NCBI GenBank assembly: GCA_013203315.1
Contig: JABMQJ010000026.1
Span: forward strand, 41,006 to 105,005
Direction: 5' to 3'
From: Candidatus Omnitrophota bacterium
GTDB lineage: Bacteria > Omnitrophota > Gorgyraeia > JABMRN01 > RBG-13-46-9
Length of the DNA: 64,000 nucleotides
The notes below the pieces were generated by a model, which made no database searches, was not told the origin of the DNA, and was given only the letters and a program-made list of their open reading frames with translations. Each line of letters starts with the position of its first letter. Positions within the stretch are counted from its first letter, which is position 1. Made by a program: the position numbers and the translations under genes. Of the stretch, positions 55,701 through 61,700 are shown in pieces.

Positions 55701-58700
55701 CGCGGCTGGTATAAAGAGCGCTACCGAAGAAGGCGCTGAATTAACAGAAGAGGAAAGAATCGTTCTCGATGACGTATGCAGGCACGGCGCAAACTTTGCT
55801 GACTTCCTGAACGAAAGGTATCAGTTACCAGCAGAAGTTGAAATATTAGTTAGGGGTCATTTTAATCATCAAACATTCTTGTCAGATATAGCAACGAGGC
55901 GCAATGAAATATCTATTCCGCTGGCCAGATTAGAACTTCTGTTATCGATAATTGTTACGGTGGATTCATTTGAAAGCGGAAATAATAAATTTAAACAAGC
56001 ACAATATAGAGGAAGCGAGCCCGAGTCATTTACCGATTCACTGGGAACTGTTGAGGTGCATGGCAAAGATGGGTTCGTAGTCAGAATGTGTAGGGATTGG
56101 GGCATAAAAGATACAAGGCCGCAAGATGTGCTAAGAAAATTAATAGTTAATAGGGACCCCGAAATACTAGGAGTCGTAAGAGAAGCGCGGGAAGCGGCGT
56201 CAATCGACGAAGCCCTTACGCCCGCTGATTCGGAATTTATCACAGCCAGCCGCCGAATTATGCCTCGTCTGCGCAGGGTAATTAGAGCAATAGTAGATTC
56301 TGTCCGTGACATATTTGAACGACTAAGAATAGAAATAGTCATGCGCCGGATCGATCGAATGATAGTAGACATAATTGCCAAAGGCGAGTTACCGGTAATA
56401 GTAGCAGACATTGATGGCACGATAACAGAATCAAACATGCCGGTTTCCGATGAAAGCTTAGACGTGATTATTGAACAGGCGCGACTTGGCGTGCCGTTTA
56501 TGATGTTAACCGGTATCAGCGCTGCAACTGCCCGCAAACAATTATTTGACCCACTCATAGGACGCCTTAATGAACGGATAGATGTCGATAAAAGCGTTTT
56601 GATGAATTGTATTTTTGCAAGCGACAACGGTACACAGATCTACATATATGATGAAGAACTGAATAATATAAGGTGTGTATTTAATATTAATATGAGGAAG
56701 TATTTACCAACCGGAAAATACAACCAAATCTTTAAAATTGTCAATTCATGTATTCGCCTGTTTGACATGCGTACGATGCTGCAGGAGAAAATGGGCTGGC
56801 AATTTAACGATGAGGAATGGGAGAAATTCAGAGCAACTTGTACTGTAAGGAGAAAGATAGAGGGGGGTGTCAGTCAAATAACATTGATGGTGCTAAGCAG
56901 GAATGCTACCCATGAACAAAAAGAAGAATTCCAAGCAAAAGGCGGCGAAGTGCTACGAAACGCATACGCAGATTATATAAATAGTGAATTTGAAAGACTT
57001 GGTATAGATGTTAGAGCAAAGGTTTCGGGGTTAAGCTCAATAGACATAAACCCTGCAGGAATAGATAAAGGCTGGGCCATAGAAACTATCTCAAAGCTCT
57101 GTAATTTAACCCTCGATAGCATAATATTTATAGGTGATGCATTTGGTCTAAGAGACAATGATACCCCTGCGCTTAGATTTGCCGAAAAGGGCATCAATGT
57201 CGGCGCGCGTGTTGCAAAATCAACACATAAAGGAAAAGAATTTCTGCAGCTACGGGGTACCGGGCCCAGAGGATTTAACAATGTAATAAGAAGCGTCATC
57301 GAATACGTTACAAGATTCCAAAGGACGTCAACTAGGCTACCCATTGCTTCAGCATTGATGGCAAGATTAGAAGCAGGACCTATCCAGATACAGGATGCAG
57401 GAGCAGTGATAGCGGATGGAGATCTAAGAGATATGCAGCATTTACTGGATACACATCTCCAGATCAGTTTTGGAGGGGCGATTGAAAATTACGAGCTTTT
57501 CACTCAATCTTTCCTGAATCAATGCGTAGCCGTTGGCCTAGCGGTTAATGATAAAGAGTATATGAAATACCTGGCAAACATTACTTACGATGCTGTAGGA
57601 AACACATCGGAAGGCCGTGACGAGGCGCATCTTCCCGTTGTTCCTGTGCATTTATCAGCAGGAATGGGGCAACTCGAGTTTTTGATTGCCTGTGAAAAAA
57701 GACCCGACCTGGATAGCTTTATAGTAACAACCATGGATAACAGTAACATGCCTATTGAAGGCCTGCTGACGCTCGAATTCAAAGTCGCAAATCAGGATAC
57801 GCCTATAAATGTTTTTGTTTCGCGTATTGATCCACATGCTAGGCGTCTGTCCGGCGAAAGGGATCCCCAGTTACTTGCTGCCTTGGAAGAATTAAAAGAA
57901 TTAGTAAGCGATAGAGTAGTGGACACAACTCCTGGCGTACAGGCCACGGGTAGGGTGTTAACGAACAAGTTGGCCAGGCTATTTGATAGCATATTAAGGT
58001 CCAGTTTCAAAACCGGAAGGGCTACTGAGATTCCGGTGGACGAAGGTCGTGGAATTAACTGGAGCGAGATAAGAGAAGGGTTCCAGTTTGTGACACACGA
58101 CGAACTTATGGAAAGCCTGGATGTCCGTGGCTTACCTGTTAATATACATCCGGGTCGTGGAGGGGAAACACTGGGCCATGGCGGCCTCCAGGCTCACATA
58201 GATAGCTATATATATGAGAATTTATCAGATGAAGAGCTTAAAACTCTAGCAAGACACGAATTAGCCCACCTTGACATTTTCAATGTAGAACGTATGTCCG
58301 AACAGGAAAGACAAGCGATTGAAGGCACAGATGCCTATAAAACTTGGGAAGCATGGGTCGAAGCAGGAAAGCGTGAAGGTCGAGCGCAAGAGACATTTGT
58401 TAATAACCTCCCGGGGTGCAATGCAGTAGCGGTAAGCAGAAAAATAGAGCAGCTAGCGCGCAAAAAGAGACGCCAAAACCAAAGAGTAGCAAGCCAAGTG
58501 CTGGTCGCAACACCCGAAACAGTCGAACCCGCAGTCGCAATGCCTCTGACACCGAGCGAATATGCACGCGTATGGTCTCCGGATATAGCCACACACGATG
58601 AGATAGTCGCAGCAATTAACCCAACTCTTGAGACAGCCATTACGGCATTAAGCGGTAATGATCTTGATCCAATAACAGAAGTATTAAGGAATATCGCTGC

Positions 58701-61700
58701 TACAACAAACCCGGATGAAATAAGCGCATTAGAAGAAGCAATAAGGCAATTATCACGAAGGTATTCAATTTGGTCAGCCTATCTCGGCCAAAGAATTGAC
58801 GAAGCAAGAGATAGCCTTTCCGGGAGCGAAAGAAACCGCGTTGACGCACTATTTACAAGAGCAAGAGAAAGCGTAAGAGCTGCTCAGAACGAACAGTGGG
58901 CAGTTATAAACGCCGGCGGCGTAGGAAGCCGATTCTGGCCTGTTGGATATGAGAAAAAACCCAAACAGCTTTTGTCGTTTGAACCGGGCGAACCTTCACT
59001 TCTTCAATCAGCAGTACTGCGTCAGGTGAATCCCGATAACCCCAACTGTATAAGTCCGGATCATGTCGTGATTGTTACAAATGCTAATATCGTAGACGAG
59101 GTTTGGGAGCAGGTAAAGGACATAAAAGTAAATGGTGTAGGAATTCCAAGGGAAAATATTCTAGGTGAACCTAAGGGGTTGAATACGGGGCCTGCACTAA
59201 GGCTAGGCGCGTTATTTATTGAACAAAAAACCGAGGGTGGACCCGATGCTATTATACGAGCCCTGTATGCTGACGCTGTTATTCCTGATCATGTATCTTT
59301 CAACAAGGTACTAGCCAATTCCGCTGATGTTGCAAAGTTTACTAATGTTTATGTTGAAGTAGGTGTAACGCCCGGAAGAGAACTAGATGGAAGTCTTGTA
59401 GTGAATCCAAAATTAGGACATCAGCAACTAGGAAAAGACATAGGCGGAGACGCTAATTATCTTCTTAAGAGAGTTGAGAAAGAGGTAAAGGAAACCCCCC
59501 AGGCAACGCATGATTATTACAAGGGTTTAGTTGAGAGTGGTGCTACATGGAATAGCGGTTGCGTAGTAGTCAGAGCAGGTGTTCTGACAGACATGATACA
59601 GACAATGCACCCCGAGGTAGAAGAGGTATTTCAGAAATACAAGGATCGATTAGGGGAACCAAGCGCCCTTGAAGAATTATATGATGAACTTGAAGAAAAG
59701 GGTGCAAAGTTGCCGTACGACACTTTCTTTTCAAAAGATGCCGTTGAAGGGGAATACCTAAGATTTGGTGTCGTAGTAACAACGGGCCTTGAGAAGGACA
59801 ACTGGGATGACGTAGGTAATCTCGCAGAATCTCGCAGAATGGCCAAAATTCCGTCGGAAGACAATTTCATTGCGCAAGGTAATGAAGAAAACATAACATT
59901 TGAAGAAGACACTGAAGGCAATACTGTTTATGCAACAGATGACGGAACAAAAGTCGTTTTACATAGCGGAGTAAAAGATTTAATAGTTGCTTACGAGAGA
60001 GGATGTAATTCACTACTTGTATTGCCAAGAGATGATTCTGCAAGAGCAGGCGAAGTCGTAAAAGAAATAACTAAGCAAAGTTCACACTATCACAGGTTGC
60101 TTCCCTATGCAACGGGCGAAAATCCGCCCGCGACCTGCGGTGAAGCCCACGAACAAGATGAACACGAAAATACTAAAACCGGCGATGCAATTTTTGTAAG
60201 CGATGACACCCATAATTGCCGTCTTACCACAAGCAAAGGACTTATCGCTGCGATTAATCTAACCGGATATCACATCGAATGGGATGCGGGGAAAAACGAA
60301 ATACATGTTTCTCTTGAGAAACCAGCCGAACCCGCAGTCGCCATGCCTCCGACACCGGGCGTATATGCAGTGTCTCCCGAAAGAGCAGAAATAAAGACAA
60401 CGTCTGTTACGGCTAAGCACGATGGTATTTTACCATGGCTGGAAGAGGGGATAGCAAGCGGAGCAATAGGTGAAAACAGAGACCTTATCGTTTTTGATTC
60501 TCACTTGGATGTTTTTGCCTTCTCATCGGGAAATGACGGCTGGATAGCTACTATCAGGAATACAAATATGAAAGTCGGAAAAATATATGCTGTTGTGCCT
60601 ACAATGTGGGGCACTGTTCATTCGCTTAACGCAACAGCTATGAATTTGGCAAAAAGCCTGAATGTGGAAATTGTATTTGGCCTCGAGCAATTACCACAAT
60701 TTGATGAACCGGTTACAGTTTCATTCGAAAACGACTTTGTAGACATAAATCTAATTCATGCAACTAAAAATGAAGTAGCCGGAAGACAACGTGAAGTTGC
60801 TCGCGCACTTTCCGGAAGAAATATTCAGATAGAAGGTTTCCATATATCAAATGAAACAGAGCCGGAATACGCAGACGGTGAAGATAAAGGCTTTATAGTG
60901 CGCAATATGTGGGCTACGCTTGCTGAGGAAGGTTATGACTTAGAGAAGAAGGACACATTCACAAGATTACGCGCCCGAAACCCGGCCAAAAGAAAACAAG
61001 CTGTAGCTGATTTAAAAGAAGACCACCCGCTTCTTACAGAAGAAATAGATGCGCACCTTGGAGCACTTCCTATATCGGGTAAGACAATATTAGACAGAGC
61101 AAAAGAAACAGGTAGGCCTGTCCTTGCATGTAACATTGATAACGGCGAACTATCATCGCTTCAGATACGTTCAATGATGCAGGCAGCGCTCGACATGAAC
61201 GCATTCATCATGTTTGAAGTAGGACCTGCTGCGCTACTCACTTATGCTGATGGCAAACCCCAGCTTCCTGAATACTGCGCGCGCGAGGCATACAAATTAT
61301 ACAAAGAAACAGGAAAATCCGTTACATACGCTGTTCACCTTGACCACAACCAGATAAACAGAAAGAAATATAATACAAGAGGCGAAAGAAGAAAAGCTGT
61401 CCGGGAAGCCGTTGACCGCGCAAAGAGTGCCCTTGCCGTAGGATTTACATCTTTTGCGACTGATACATCTACATTAACCGACATCGACAAAGACACGGTT
61501 AAAGATCAGTTGCTCCCTGTAGTTAATACGGCCACAAGGATTCTTTCAGCTATATATGATGAAGCAAAGGCTCTTGGAGTAGAAGTAGGTAACGAAGGTG
61601 AGGTCGGCGACATAGGCACTTCAATAAGCACAGTTGAAGACGCCGTGCATTATTATCAGGAACTTGTTAAGAAGTTAGGCGCTCTCTCAAAGAGAATGGG